From: Eledone cirrhosa | Taxonomy: Eukaryota | DNA: 64,000 nt | Assembly (NCBI GenBank): GCA_964016885.1 | Contig: OZ024741.1 | Location: forward strand, 69,874,001-69,938,000 | Reading direction: 5' to 3' | In this document: piece by piece, positions 1 through 13,254 of the stretch | Layout: each line of letters opens with the position of its first letter | Numbering within the stretch: the stretch's first letter is position 1 | Notes under the pieces: generated by a model | What the model saw: only the letters and a program-made list of their open reading frames with translations | What the model was told of the DNA's origin: nothing | Databases searched by the model: none | Program-made: the position numbers and the translations under genes

Positions 1-467
1 AGAAATCGAACGTTGCATCAATCAGGCGACGAACTAGTTCGTTAACCGTTACGATAAGGAGTCCCATGACAGTAATTACCACCTTTTAAAAGATTTGAAG
101 CGTGTAGTTAGAAGTGTAAACAAATGGTTGGCTTAAGAAGTAATAGGACAATTTGAAATTTAAAATGTAGTCGTTCCAATACAAATGAATATAGTAATAG
201 TTAAATCACTATAAATAAAAAATGGAAAAAAAAAGGGACAGAGATGGTTGAGAGAAATTACAAATTTTCTCAATGCTTCTTACTTAAGTCAAGTGGATGT
301 TTACACTCCTTGTTACAGAGCATGTAGAATAATATTAATAGCAATATCAGTAATGGGTGAGATAGCACTGGAAAAGTTAATACTGTGGTGGGAGTGGTTC
401 AAGGATAGAGGTATAATAAACTCACAATACCGAACTGAAAAAATGCGACAGTATACGTGTCTATGAA

Positions 468-648
468 ATAATTGTTTCTACTTTAGGCACAAGGCCAGCA
501 ATTACTCAGTTCATTACTGGTACTTTATTTTATCGACCCCGTAAGGATGAAAGGCAAAGTCAACCTCGGCGGGATTTGAACTCAGATCGTTAAGGGACGT
601 AACTATGCTGGAAAGCATGGCGTCCGACCCTCTACCGATATCGGCACC
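468..648 (-). mobile_element. tRNA-derived SINE with Nin/Deu-type central domain (family 1)
   Basis: Reverse complement has B box GAGTTCAAATCC and the CCTTTCATCCTTACGGGGTCGATAAAATAAAGTACCAGT core; >10 similar copies in the window. Confidence 0.85.
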
Positions 649-840
649 ATGTACGATAATTTTAGTATCAGGCAGTTCCGTTGATCAAACAACTGGAACA
701 CTAATCGTGGAATCGACGGAGGTCCACTTACTTAATATCTGACGTATTAGATATTGTAGCGCAAGTCTTAGTGGAGAGGATGTTGGACTTACCATCATAA
801 CGTTCTTGAGCAAAACACTTCATTTCATGTTGCTCCAGTA

Positions 841-2400
841 TCTTCTTCTTCTTCTTCTTCTTCTTCTTCTTCTTTTTTTTTTTTTCTCACTTATTCCTAG
901 GAGGGTCATGGGGCAGAATCCTCCACACGCCTTCCAGGGGTCCTGTCAGATGCAACTGTTTCCAATTGATCCGGGTGGATCCCCTAGCGTGACCAGCCGA
1001 GCTCATGGATGTTATCCAACCATCTTGTTCGGGGTCTACCCGAGGTCGCCTGCCGGTTGGTTTTGCTTCGTAAAATCTGTTCAGCGATTCTTTCTTAAGA
1101 CATTCTGACCACATGTCCGAAGTTTCGGAGTTATGGTCTCTCAATTCGGAGAAACTACGCACTCTATGAGGTAACGTTACTCCAAACCCATTTCGTCCGC
1201 TTGTATTCGCGATCCGGCCGACTGATATTCTACCCACCAGTCTCATTACCACTGCCAGCCTGGCTGCGCATGTCAATCTTGTTCATAAAAATTATAAACA
1301 GGAGAGGTGACAGTTTGTAGTGATTACAAAGCAACAAGAAGTTCTCTAGTGATACCATACTCCTGCAGAACCTTCCACAATAAATCTCGTGGAACACAGT
1401 CATATGCTTTTCGGAGGTCTACGAAACTACAATACACCTCTTGGCAATACCCTCATGATTTCTCGAAGACCTGCCGCAGTGTGAATATTTAGTTGGTTGT
1501 GCTGCGTCCAGGATGAAAACCATATTGTTCATCAGTTAGCCTGGACTCGACAATATCCCTACACTTAGCTTATATTTTACTGGAGAGGCTTAACAATGAG
1601 ATCGCTCTTCAGTTAGAGCGATCTTTCGTGTCTCCCTTTTTGAAAATTGGGATTAGCACTCCCGATTGTCATTGCTTAAGTGCTTTCCAGAGACATAGGT
1701 CACTCGGTACACACGATTCAGCTAGAGGATACCATGTCCATTTAAGACTTTTAACATCCCAGGCCGAATGTTATTCTCCTCAGAGGCCTTGTCACATTTA
1801 AGCTCTTTAATTGTTCTGGTGATCTCAGCCTCTTAGCTGGTAGTCATCACTCCTAAATGCACCTCACGTACATCAAAAGTGCAAGACGGAGAGCCCATTT
1901 CCAAGCCAAACTTTGTAAGCCTTCTTTTCTCAGATGGTATCTTTAACCTCTTGATTGAACCAAGGGGTTCCCTTGCCACCCAGCACCTCACCAATCCGCT
2001 TTCGCCCACATCATTTTTTATAGTGGAAGCAGTAACTATCGACTTGAACAGTCTGCATTCCGTTTCAACATCCTCAGTTTGCTCAGGGAGTTCTCTGAAT
2101 TTAGATACAATAGTATCTGCATACATCATCTTATTAGACAGCGCTTTCCACTTTATCCTGGAGGTCGACCTTGACCTGGCAGTTTTATGGGGTTTATTGG
2201 CTTTAGATAGCCTCAAGTTGCAGATAACTAGATGGTGATCAGTTGACAGCTCAACCCTTCTCTTAACGCGACCATCCAGCTCAGAATCAAAGATATCAGA
2301 GACAATAGCAAAATCAATTACTGGTCTCTGTCCCTGATTCCCCTTATACCATGTATATTTATGGACGTATTTGTGTTGGAAGAAGGTATTCATAATAGAC
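841..2400 (-). mobile_element. Decayed RTE-clade LINE (APE endonuclease end, RT pieces, 3' end with A/(AAG)n tail)
   Basis: ORF 1833-2393: NTFFQHK..KYTW..IDFAIV..STDHHLV; ORF 887-1276: KPTGRRPR; 3' UTR homologous to 23880-23920; (CTT)n at 842-872. Confidence 0.8.
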
Positions 2401-2930
2401 AGCCGATTATACTCCCAATATGATCCAGAGGGGTGCCTTGTACTCTTAGTCAGTTAACGCCAAGGAAATCAGCTTCAGCCCCGGCCTGATAAACCTCCGG
2501 GTTTGTGACAGACTTTAACTTTAATATATTATAGAAAAAAAAAGAAGCGAATGACTGTCCCAATTCTTTTCGCTTATGTGGATTGATATAGCCCGAAAAT
2601 AATAATCTATAGGAGGATCAGCGAGTGCAGAGTTCTAGAGTGGAAACATTGACTCAGTGGCCAATGAATCTACTCACAACTACACATGTATTGAAGTGTT
2701 TTTTGAAAATGTTCTAATATTGTGGTTATATTTCATTTGTCTTCCTAATTAGTTTGACAGCCCTAAAACTAAGGTTTACGCTATATTTCACATTGATATT
2801 TATACATGGATATATATATATATTTTTCGTAATTTATGTGTAAATATCTAGGTTTGTACATTATACACATACAATCCCCCCCCCCCCACATATATATATA
2901 TATATATACATATACATACATATATATATA

Positions 2931-2975
<45 letters not shown>

Positions 2976-4109
2976 AAAAGGTGAAAGTGAAAATTGAGAG
3001 AGACAAAGATGAACGGCATATATATATATATATATACACATATATATCTTTCGTATATATATACATATATATACATATATATACGAAATTACTCGGAGTG
3101 ACTTGCTTTGCCCCGGTCCCACCGCGCCACCTGTTTTGGCCGCCATATTATACTTATACCTATAAACTCCAGGTTTAGGCATAACTATTAGCTGTATCAT
3201 GCCTGGCACGTAAATAAACCCCTCATGCGTGATTTAATAATATTCGTTTGGTATAGACGATGGCCTGTCGAAATTGTGGAGTTCCCGCTCGCGCTCCCGG
3301 GGCCTAAGGTAGCTACGTTCCTAGAATACTCGGAAAAATTAATTTCCATTTCTTTCGCTGGACGATACCACTCGAGACTGGCTGACTCATGGTGGTGGTG
3401 GTTGGGGGGGGGGGGGTGCTGGCTGGGACTCGCAATCGAAATCTTTACTCTATATCCCATCCTAATATCTTATCGAGATAAATTTTTTCATATAAGACTC
3501 TCTCCGTAAGTTCATTAAATAAATCTCGCTACCTTAACCTTTAATTTTCTAATAACTTATTTTTCAATTTATCATTTTGCAATTTAATATTTTTAATTTA
3601 ATTTAATTTCATCCTATAACTCGCAACATAAGTTTAACGTTCCAATCTTCGGTTTACACATTAGACCATACAGACACCCATTATAGATTCTTTGGAGTAG
3701 CATTTTTTCGCGGCATTTTCTAGCATGAATGTAGTGTGACCCTTACGCTGACTTCTTTCTCCCTTTCTTTCTTCCCCTTTTTCTTTGACGGAGAGGTGGT
3801 AGTGCATTATAAGCCTTCGCCCCCTCACCAGATGTTCATTAGTAGATTCAGTTGCCACCACTATGAGGGCGACTGGCCGAGATAAAGGCAGCTAGTTGGT
3901 CAGTCGTCCTCTTTGTCTCTGTCTCTGATTTTTCGGACCCATAGTTTTTTACATATTCCTTTGTTATATTCCAATACCTGATGATATCACCGGATTCATA
4001 TGGAACCCGGTCATTGAAATGATCATAGTATAATAAACCTTTCAAGTATTTACACCAGTCCAGCCACCTGTTATTTTATTTTATTTATATAATATATATA
4101 TATATATAT

Positions 4110-4169
<60 letters not shown>

Positions 4170-4173
<4 letters not shown>

Positions 4174-5725
4174 GTCTACATATACATAAAGTTATAGATA
4201 TATATGTTGCAATCGGTCACTTTGTGGCTCTATGAAGAATTAATAAATTAAATAATCAGAGCAATATATCATAAATCATGTCTTTAGAATTATTAGATAA
4301 AATATATACCATTTCCTCTCCCAATCAGCATAATTAACCATATAAAAAATCAATTAGACCAAGCTATAAGAATAAAGGCTCTTATGAAGAAATCTCCGAC
4401 AAATAACCGAAAGTGGCCTCTTCGCGGTGGCCTCAATAGAGTATTTATCCAACATTTCGACAGCATGTAGAAACTGACTAAATATACCATCAACTATACA
4501 CAATTATGTGTAAATTCAAACTTAGAAGAAATGTGTACATACTGTAATTATATCTCTACCATGGTTTCATCCGTATTTTTAGACATCCAATTAATAGGAA
4601 ATGCCCAGAGTTCGGATACATCAGGAGACAAACTCAAAATTAGACACTTAGTTTTCCAAAGTGATCGCGCCAAAATTAGATTCAAAAATGGCTAAGAACC
4701 GCAATGTGGCAGTGGTCAAGTTAGAAAGAATGTGATTGGTTGCTTACGGCGGGTAGGCTTGTTGCTAGAAAGCGCAGCCAAATATCGCCAAATTGTATCT
4801 CAACCTAACGGGAGATTATTAAATATAAAGGTTTACATATACATAAAGTTATAGATATATATGTTGCAACCGGTCACTTTGTGGCTCTATGAAGAATTAA
4901 TAAATTAAATAATCAGAGCAATATATCATAAATCATGTCTTTAGAATTATTAGATAAAATAGATACCATTTCCTCTCCCAATCAGCATAATTAACCATAT
5001 AAAAAATCAATTAGAGCAAGCTATAAGAATAAAGGCTCTTATGAATAATAATTCTAAAGACATAATTTATGATATATTGCTCTGATTATTTAATTTATTA
5101 ATTCTTCATAGAGCCACAAAGTGACCGGTTGCAGCATATATATCTATAACTTTATGTATATGTAAACCTTTATATTTAATAATCTCCCGTTAGGTTGAGA
5201 TACAATTTGGCGATATTTGGCTGCGCTTTCTAGCAACAAGCCTACCCGCCGTAAGCAACCAATCACATTTTTTCTAACTTGACCACTGCCACATTGCGGT
5301 TCTTAGCCATTTTGAATCTAATTTTGGCGCGATCACTTTGGAAAACTAAGTGTCTAATTTTGAGTTTGTCTCCTGATGAATCCGAACTCTGGGCATTTCC
5401 TATTAATTGGATGTCTAAAAATACGGATGAAACCATGGTAGAGATATAATTACGGTATGTACACATTTCTTCTAAGTTTGAATTTACACCTAATTGTGTA
5501 TGGTTGATGGTATATTTGGTCAGTTTCTACATGCTATCGAAATGTTGGATAAATACTCTATTGGGGTCACCGCGAAGAGGTCACTTTCGGTTATTTGTCG
5601 GAGATTTCTTCATAAGAGCCTTTATTCTTATAGCTTGGTCTAATTGATTTTTTATATGGTTAATTATGCTGATTGGGAGAGGAAATGGTATATATTTTAT
5701 CTAATAGTTCTAAAGACATGATTTA

Positions 5726-5730
<5 letters not shown>
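4170..5730. repeat. Array A: head-to-head tandem/inverted array of a 657-bp HHR-containing unit in (TA)n
   Basis: AAGGT(C/T)TACAT recurs at 4171 and 4828; orientation flips at ~5046; flanked by (TA)n. Confidence 0.9.
5367..5446 (+). ncRNA. Type I hammerhead ribozyme with long stem II
   Basis: TGTCTC-CTGATGA-ATCCG..CGGAT-GAAA-CCATGG-TA-GAGATA; stems I and II pair, stem III is palindromic, GUA site. The minus copy at ~4551-4630 has CTGATGT. Confidence 0.8.
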
Positions 5731-5783
<53 letters not shown>

Positions 5784-6019
5784 GTGTGTGTGAGTGTGTG
5801 TATGTATGTGTCTCTGTGTGTGTGGTGTGTATGTGCTTATATATATATATATATTACACGTTTTGGTTGGTAACGGAAGTTATTTTGAGTTGTTCTGTGC
5901 GCATGTTCCAAGATCACGAGCGCAAGCAATATATATATATATATAGTTGAAAGGGGCAAACAAATACAGGGGTCAATTGTACATAGTTGTATTAGGTTCG
6001 CGCTTGGTGGTGGAGGTGG

Positions 6020-6055
6020 TTTCGACGTTTCGGACTTAAGTCTTTCACCAGGAAA
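6020..6055 (-). ncRNA. Degenerate minimal HHR in a pLTR-like remnant (~5945-6150)
   Basis: rc TTTC-CTGGTGA-AAGACTTAAGTCC-GAAACGTC-GAAA; core has an A6G change; a related remnant is at ~14170-14450. Confidence 0.5.
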
Positions 6056-6195
6056 GTTGAGAGGAACTCCGAGAGGGAGTAAGGAGGGTTGTAAGGAGGG
6101 AAGTTAACAAGAAGAAAACGAAAGAACGGAGAAATAAAACAAATAAAAACAGAATATATGTGTGTATTTGTGTGTGAGTGTATATATATATATAT

Positions 6196-6594
6196 GGTGG
6201 TTGCCAACTCGTTTTCGAGTACGGCCACTACTTTATATCCATGTAGGAGAACCCCTACCGATGCGCTGAACGAGTGTGACTTTTTAGTCCAGCCAGCGAC
6301 TTGAAAGCTCTGGTACAAACACTACACTTGTGACAATTACTGACACATAGTGCTGGGCCCATGGTACCATGTGACGACAAGTGCAGAGAGATCTTCATAT
6401 ATAAAGCAATGCCTGTGCCGTGAAGCTTTTATAGTGAGCAAAGGCACTGCACAGTCCCACTCTCTTAACCAAGATGATATTTACCAAAAAGAAGAACAAG
6501 TCAACATCATTGGATACCATCAGGGTTGCAGGTGTTATATCAGAGTTTTCCTTCTCCTAGAATTCTGCCTTGACTAGGCTAAGGGATCATCTCT
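6196..6594 (-). mobile_element. Non-autonomous RTE-related retroposon (5'-truncated)
   Basis: Near-identical in reverse to ~19050-19457; contains the RTE-5'UTR-like CTAGGAGAAGGAAAACTCTG. Confidence 0.6.
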
Positions 6595-6620
6595 CATATA
6601 TAGACACACACACACATGTA

Positions 6621-6724
6621 TACAGGATGCCTCCAAAAATGTGTACACACTTTGATTACTTGTACAGGCAATATTTATTAGAATGCACAGCGTTTGTGTA
6701 TACAATTTTTGGGGACACCCTGTA
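6621..6724. mobile_element. Tc1/mariner MITE
   Basis: TACAGGATGCCTCCAAAAA / TTTTTGGGGACACCCTGTA inverted termini with TA flanks. Confidence 0.7.
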
Positions 6725-6789
6725 TATATATATATATATATATATATGAAAAAAGTCAACGAGGAAAAACGACACAGTAGAACGATACA

Positions 6790-7483
6790 GTACAACGATT
6801 ATTTATATTACTTTAACGCTTAATGTAGTTGATAATACTCCTTGCAAACTTTGGAGCGTTATCAACGAAATAACTGGAAGACAGAAAGTTAAGTTAAAAG
6901 CTGAAAACCCAAAGGAAAGAGTAAAATTATGAAAGGAGCATTTTGCTAAGTTACTTGGACAACGTCTCTTGAAGGTTGAAGGAAATATTGTCAAAGTATT
7001 TGACCCAGTGCCTAGTGATGTTGAGGATTTTACAATGCACGAGTTGAAAGATACAATCAAGTCGACACAAAACAACAAAGCTACAGGCTTGGATAATATA
7101 TCAGCAGAAGTATGGAAAGTATGCATGAACGTTGAGTTGCTTGAAATCTGCCAAAAGGCCTTTAAAGGAGATGTACTGAAAATCTGGAAATCTAGAGAAA
7201 AGGAGGAATAGCGCCTCTACAATAACAGAGGAATTACTTTGTCAGTAGTTGCAGCTAAAATCTACAACAAAATGCTACTAAACAGAATAAGACCTCATCT
7301 AGACCAGAAAATCAGATACAATCAAAGTGGCTTCTGTCAGAATAGATCGACTGCCTCACAAATATTGACACTGCGGAGGCTACAAGAAGGCGCCAGATCA
7401 AATAACCCGATAAAGCTGTACTAACTTTCATTGACTTCAAAAAGGCTTTTGATACCTTCCATAGAAGAAACCTTATGTCAATG
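6790..7483 (+). mobile_element. RTE/RTE-X LINE reverse transcriptase fragment (pseudo)
   Basis: KATGLDNISAEVWK, AKIYNKMLLNRI, NQSGF..RST, FIDFKKAFD across frames. Confidence 0.75.
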
Positions 7484-7864
7484 GAAAGGGGGGGGGGCAT
7501 AGTAATGACCAGGCGTTACCCAACCAAATTGAAAATTACAATAGTCAAGGAAAACACGTCTTCATAATCCAACAAAATATATTTTTACTATATATACGAG
7601 TATGCACAAACATATGCATACACATCCATGGACAAACATATATCACTTAATTTCTTAAAAACATAGATATATGTACGGAAATGTGTGTCTTGATACCTAC
7701 ACATATATGTTGTTGTTGGAATCGCCGGAAATCGAACTCACAATCTTACGATCGTAACCCGAACTCCATGAGCACTAAACCATGTGCCCTCATACTTCCA
7801 TACATAAATAGATACATACATACATACATAATTACAATAACACACACACACACACATATATATA

Positions 7865-8062
7865 CACGAGAGTCGGCTGAAAAGAATATAGGCTGCCCAA
7901 GATACTTTCATGGAATGACCAAATGGGGTTATTTTTGCACATAATCCCTGGAAAGAAATAATGCAGTTATTAATAAGAGAGGAAATTAATTCATACAAAA
8001 TTTCACAGCTTTAGCATCACTCCTTCATAGTCAGCCTATGAACTGTTCAGCCTACCCTCGTA
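7865..8062. mobile_element. Mariner-type MITE (~200 bp)
   Basis: TIR consensus CGAGGGTCGGCCGAAAAGTTCATAGG; sister copies at 21637-21837 and 60017-60218. Confidence 0.75.
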
Positions 8063-8509
8063 TATATATATATATATAGGCGGGGAGTACGTTGCTCTGA
8101 GGATCACCAACAGTGTGAAACAGAATCTGTCAGCTTCTCTCCCTTCTTTTGCCGGAAAAAGAAGTAAGTGACATAGTCACTACTTTAAAAATGATAGCGC
8201 AAAGTCTTCAACATGTTTTTAATTAAACATACGGTATATTGCCAAATATACTATACATACATTCATGTATACATCGCTATTTCAGAGCACCAATCCTAAT
8301 ATATATATATATATATGAAAAGAGGGAGAAAGAGACGATTATTAGGAAGAAAAATATTTTTTTTTCCTTCTTTGTTTCTCTCTCTCTCTTTTCTGGGTTA
8401 GAAAATGATTAAAACGAAATGTTTTACTTTGTGTGAAGTGTTAAGGTATTAGTTGATTTATTTATTATTTAACAATGGCATTTATTTATCTATTTATATA
8501 TTTAATAAT

Positions 8510-8554
8510 TGTCTATTACTGCTTTCAGCATTTTTATGCATTATCAAATGATAG
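8510..8554 (-). ncRNA. Degenerate HHR in the PLE 3' UTR/pLTR
   Basis: rc TTGATAA-T-GCAT-AAAA-ATGC-T-GAAA-GCAG-TA-ATAG; two core changes. Confidence 0.45.
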
Positions 8555-8960
8555 TGAAATGTATTAGTGTGGTATCACACATGTTAAAGAGAGGGTGCAG
8601 AAAGAATAATGTTATTTACAAACAAGGTTTATGAAGTGAAAAGAAAAAAGAAAAAAGAAAAAAAACCGGCATAATGTAGAGCATAAAAAGTCAATGTGGA
8701 AGAAAAAATAATATTATTTACAAGCATAGTTCTTGAAGTTAAGCAGATCAAAATGTGTTAATATAGCAAGAGTGCTTAGTTGATCCATGATTCCTTGATG
8801 GAGGCAAATGGTGAACTGAGGTTTGATATGATTTCCCTTTTTAGAGAGTTAATATGCAGGGGGAAGCAATTCTTGCTGGATGATATTTAATTATTTAAGA
8901 AAAATTAGGTAGGGTGTGAGGGAGTTAACTCTTGTAAATGTTTGATTGTTTGTTGCAGTT

Positions 8961-11283
8961 TTAGATTGGTCCGATTTTTAGAGCATTAAGTAGGGGTTGG
9001 AATTTGTTAATTAAATATGTTTCCTTATTGGTACGTTGGATGAAAGTAGCGTTGTCTATGAATTTGTAAATGGGGAAAATTTTAAAGTTTGGATGTTGGT
9101 TGTGAACACAATTGGCGATATGTTCACTAAATGCAATCTTTCTGTATTCCTGTATTTTAATTTGTGATTTATGGACGGTCATACGTTGACGGAGGCAGTT
9201 TTTTGTCTGTCCTATGTAGTGCTCTTGACAACCTGAGCAGGTCAAAACATAGATTAGGTTTTTAGATGCACATGTAAAGTTGTGTTCAATTGTGAAATGT
9301 TGTCCTTGTTTAAAATGGAATGTTGAACCTTCTATTAGATTTATGCATATGCCACAGTTGGGCCTTCCGCATTTTGTTACTGTAGGGTTTATTGTGAGGG
9401 TTTGTTGGATTTTGGATTGTGTGAGGATGTTTTTTATGGATTTAGGTTGTCTTTTGCTCTTTATGATGTTGTGTGTTTGGAGGATTCTTGGGTCTCTTTT
9501 TAGTAAAGGAATGTTCTGGAGGATGGTGTCGAATGCCTCATTGTTGAGGGGGTTGTGTGTGGAGATTTATAGTAGAGTTTTTTGTTGTGGTTCATTCTTG
9601 GATTTGGGGTGTCTGAGTTCCTGGATGTCTAGTTTTAGGGCACGTTGGAATCCATTGTTGATTAGGGAAGGTGGGTAGTTTCTGCTGATAAGTGTGTTTT
9701 TTAATTCTTTTAGTCGTGTGTAACATGTGTATTTATCTGAAACTATTGTGCAGATCCTTCTGGCTAGGTTATAAGGAATTGCCATTTTGGTGTGCTACGG
9801 TGGCACGAGTTGAATGGAAGGTATTGTTTGGAGTCTGCGAGTTTGTAGTATATGTCTGTTTCTATTTTGTTGCTTGTTTTCTTGATGAGAACTTCGAGGA
9901 AAGGGAGTTGTTCATGGCTGTAAACCATTGTGAATTGTATGTTTGTGTTGAGCCCATTCAGAAGGGTTTTAAACTCAAACAGTCTATCTATACTTTCGTG
10001 CCAGAGGATGAAGAAGTCGTCCAGATATCTCTTCCAGTTCTTTTCTATGTGTTGGTAGAAGTGGTTGCTGTATTTGTCTAGAACTTTGCGGTAGAGAGTG
10101 GTTTCCAAATATCCCATGACAAGGTTGGCGTATGAGGGGGCCACTTTCGTGCCCATGGCAGTCCCAGATTTCTGTCTGTAGTATTTGGCATTGAATTGTT
10201 TTCCAAGATGAATTTGAGTCCCCCCAACACAAATTCTTTAGGGATGCGCTGTGGGAGTTCACTAGGGAAATTTTCCATCCAGAATTGTATTGCCTCTATA
10301 CCTAGGTTGTGTGGGATATTGGAATATAAATTGATGACATCAAAGGTTACTAGTAGGGTATGTTCATTATTGAGTGTTGTTGGGAGGTGGTTGAGCATGT
10401 CAAGTTCGTCCCTTATGAAGCTTTTTATGTGTTTTAGGAAAGGTTTAAGCAGAATATCTAGGAAGTTGCTTAGGCGGTGGGTTTCACATGTGGTGCCTGC
10501 TATTATGGGTCTTAATTTAAGGTCATCAGGAGGGGCTATATTGATGTAAACGTCTGTGGCTTGCTTGCAGGCCCTACTTATTACTTCGCTTTTGTGTGTC
10601 TTGAGGATACCGTAGAAGAGGCTGGTTCTGCTTTTGAAATTTGTGATGTAGTTGTATTCCTTGTCTGTAAAGCCTTCTTTGTAAAGGGTTGTTAGGGATT
10701 TTAGGTTTCTCATTATTTTCTGTTGTGTGTAGTGTTGGGCCTTTTCATAATATGTTTGGTTTTCTAGAGTTGAGAGTACTAGAGTTGTGTAATAATCTGT
10801 CTCCATAAGGACTACTGCACCCCCTTTATCTGCCTCTTTGATTGTTAGGGTTTTGTCGTTTGTTAGACTGTTAAGACCATTCCATTCTTTTTTGCTTAGG
10901 TTTGGTTTTTGTTTATGTCTGTGTAGGTGATGGTATGGGTAATTAGTAATGTGTTCGCAGAATTGATCGAGGAATTTATTCTTGCCTTTTGGTGGGGTGT
11001 AGTTGCTTCTATTTCTGGCTATTGAGTCATCCTCATTGTATTTGTCGTATAGTTGTTCGCTGAGTCTTAGTTTTCTACAGAATTCTGCAATATCTTCCTT
11101 CATTTCGGGGTAGTTTGGTTGTTGGGGAGTTGGTGTAAATTTTAGACCTTTGGAGAGTATGTTGATTTGGTCTATTGTTAATTCTTTAGAGATTAAATTA
11201 ACAATTTTTATTGCATTTTGTGTCTCCTGTGTGTTTTGTGTTATCTTGTAATCCTGTGTCTGTGTGCTGTGTCTAAAAAATGA
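8961..11283 (-). pseudogene. PLE RT + GIY-YIG endonuclease ORF, disrupted
   Basis: Frame open from 11283; frameshifts near 10195 and 9795; in-frame TAA at 9567-9569. Confidence 0.88.
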
Positions 11284-12829
11284 TTACGCAAGTTGTGATG
11301 GCTGTTGAAGTTTGGATGTCTCTTATAGTTGTATTGGCCCCTGCTGTTGTTGTAAGATGGTGTGTAGCTGTGGTGGTTGTTGAGTTTAGGTTGTATCGTG
11401 TGGTTGTATTGAGCCCTGCTGATGTTGTTGTAGGGTGTGTAGATTTGATGGACGTGGTTATAGGGTGTGAAGTTGTGGTGGTTGTTGAAGTTGGGTTGTA
11501 TCGTATGGTTGTGTTGAGCACTGCTGTTGTTGTAGGGTGTGTAGACTTGTTGGTAGTTGTAGTAGGGTTGTCTTGTGTGGTCATATTGAGTCCTGTTGTT
11601 GCTGTTATATGGTATGTAGCTATGGTGGTTGTAGTGGTTAGGGTGTCTCGTGTGGTTGTATTGTCCCTTGCTGGTGTTGTAGTAGGATGTAGTTAGTGGG
11701 GGAGGGTAGATTAGGGTTTCCTTATAGCTGGTGTATGGTTGTGAGGCCCTGTGTGCCATGTGTGGTAGTTGTGTATTTTGGGTTCTATGATGGAAGTAAT
11801 GATGGCTGTGGGTTTGTTGTGTGGGGATGTTAGGGGGTTTGTAAGTGTGGGGATTTTATGGTTTCTCCTGGTGGGAGAGAAGTTGTAGTGTCTATCTTGT
11901 AGCTGATGTTTCTCTATTACTATATTTGTTGCTTGGGAGTCCGTGTGGTAGTTGTGTGGAGGATGTAGGAGGTAGGGGCGAGGTGATGCCTTCTTTTGTT
12001 GGTATGTGGGGAGGTATTGTTTTTTTGTTGTTGTTGGTTGTTGTGTGGTGTTTGGGTGTTGATTGAGTTTTCTTGTTATTATGGTTTTAATGAAGGGGTT
12101 CTTGGATATGTGTACTTTTTGGAAAAGTGTTTCATAGTTAGAGAACCAGGTTTCGTTTATTTCCAAGCGTTGAAGGGATTTTAATTCTTCCTTATTACAG
12201 TCCTCTAACCATAATTTTGAAATATTTTCTTGGGTGGTGTCTTTGGTTATATTGATAATTGCTAGATTAATCTCATCGTCGATTGATTTGATCCTATCTT
12301 CATTTGCTTGGGCTCTCAATTTAAGGAGTTCAATTTCGGTTTTTATGATATCAAGTGCCATTCTTTCCCTGAGGCGTCTTTGTGTCTCTGGTTCGTTTGG
12401 GATGGATTTAATTTGTAGTTTGCGGGGGATGATTAATGGGGAAGAGTTAATCCATTTTTCATAGATCTCCGCTTTGTTATTGTTTTGTATCATCTTCCAA
12501 AAGGAGAATTTCCTGTTATTAAGAGATGTGTGCCATTGTGGTATTAATTTGTTTTTTATTTGGTAAGTTGTAAGTATATTAGTGTCATGTGTTTTTTCGT
12601 TCGTTTGAATAGGGTTTGTGTTGTTATTCAGGTGTGTTTTTATTGTTTCACATAAGTTGTTGATATTGTCGTTGATTTCATAGGATGTGTATTTGGGGAT
12701 TGTTTCTTCATTTGTAGAGTTTAGTTTGTTGGTGAGTATTGACAAATTAGAGTTTATTTTTTGTAGTTCTTGGAGTATCTCTTGATTGATGCTAATGAGA
12801 GTGGAGTCTGTTTTTGTTTTAGTAGACAT
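11241..12829 (-). pseudogene. Putative PLE upstream ORF1 (coiled-coil N part, His/Tyr/Asn-rich repeats), split by one frameshift
   Basis: Overlapping ORFs 11711-12829 (372 aa) and 11241-11759 (172 aa) directly 5' of the RT frame, same strand. Confidence 0.6.
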
Positions 12830-12990
12830 TTTCTGTGTCTCGAGTGGGAGTGAATAATAATAATAATTTAAGAATAAACAGGGGCTGTGTAGTGGCTGGA
12901 TAAGGTGTACTTATAAAAAGAGGAAAGCAAGAACAGGATAACATTTTCCTTCATCAGTTGTCTGCTGGGGGTCTTGGACATTTCAACGCA

Positions 12991-13254
<264 letters not shown>

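Larger units (their letters stand above)
8317..12990 (-). mobile_element. Near full-length Penelope-like element (Neptune-like) between (TA)n tracts
   Basis: LSKGLKFTPTP, ADKGGAVV, LRPII, FDVINLYSNIP, MGTKVAPSYANL, RYLDD, CGRPNCGIC linker, C-terminal GIY-YIG (IYVLTC..YIGQT..RMTVH); degenerate HHR in the 3' UTR. Confidence 0.92.

Noticed and set aside
12935-12962. CTGATGA plus AGGA/TCCT hairpin on the minus strand at the PLE 5' end
   Set aside because: Followed by GTTC instead of GAAA; at most a remnant
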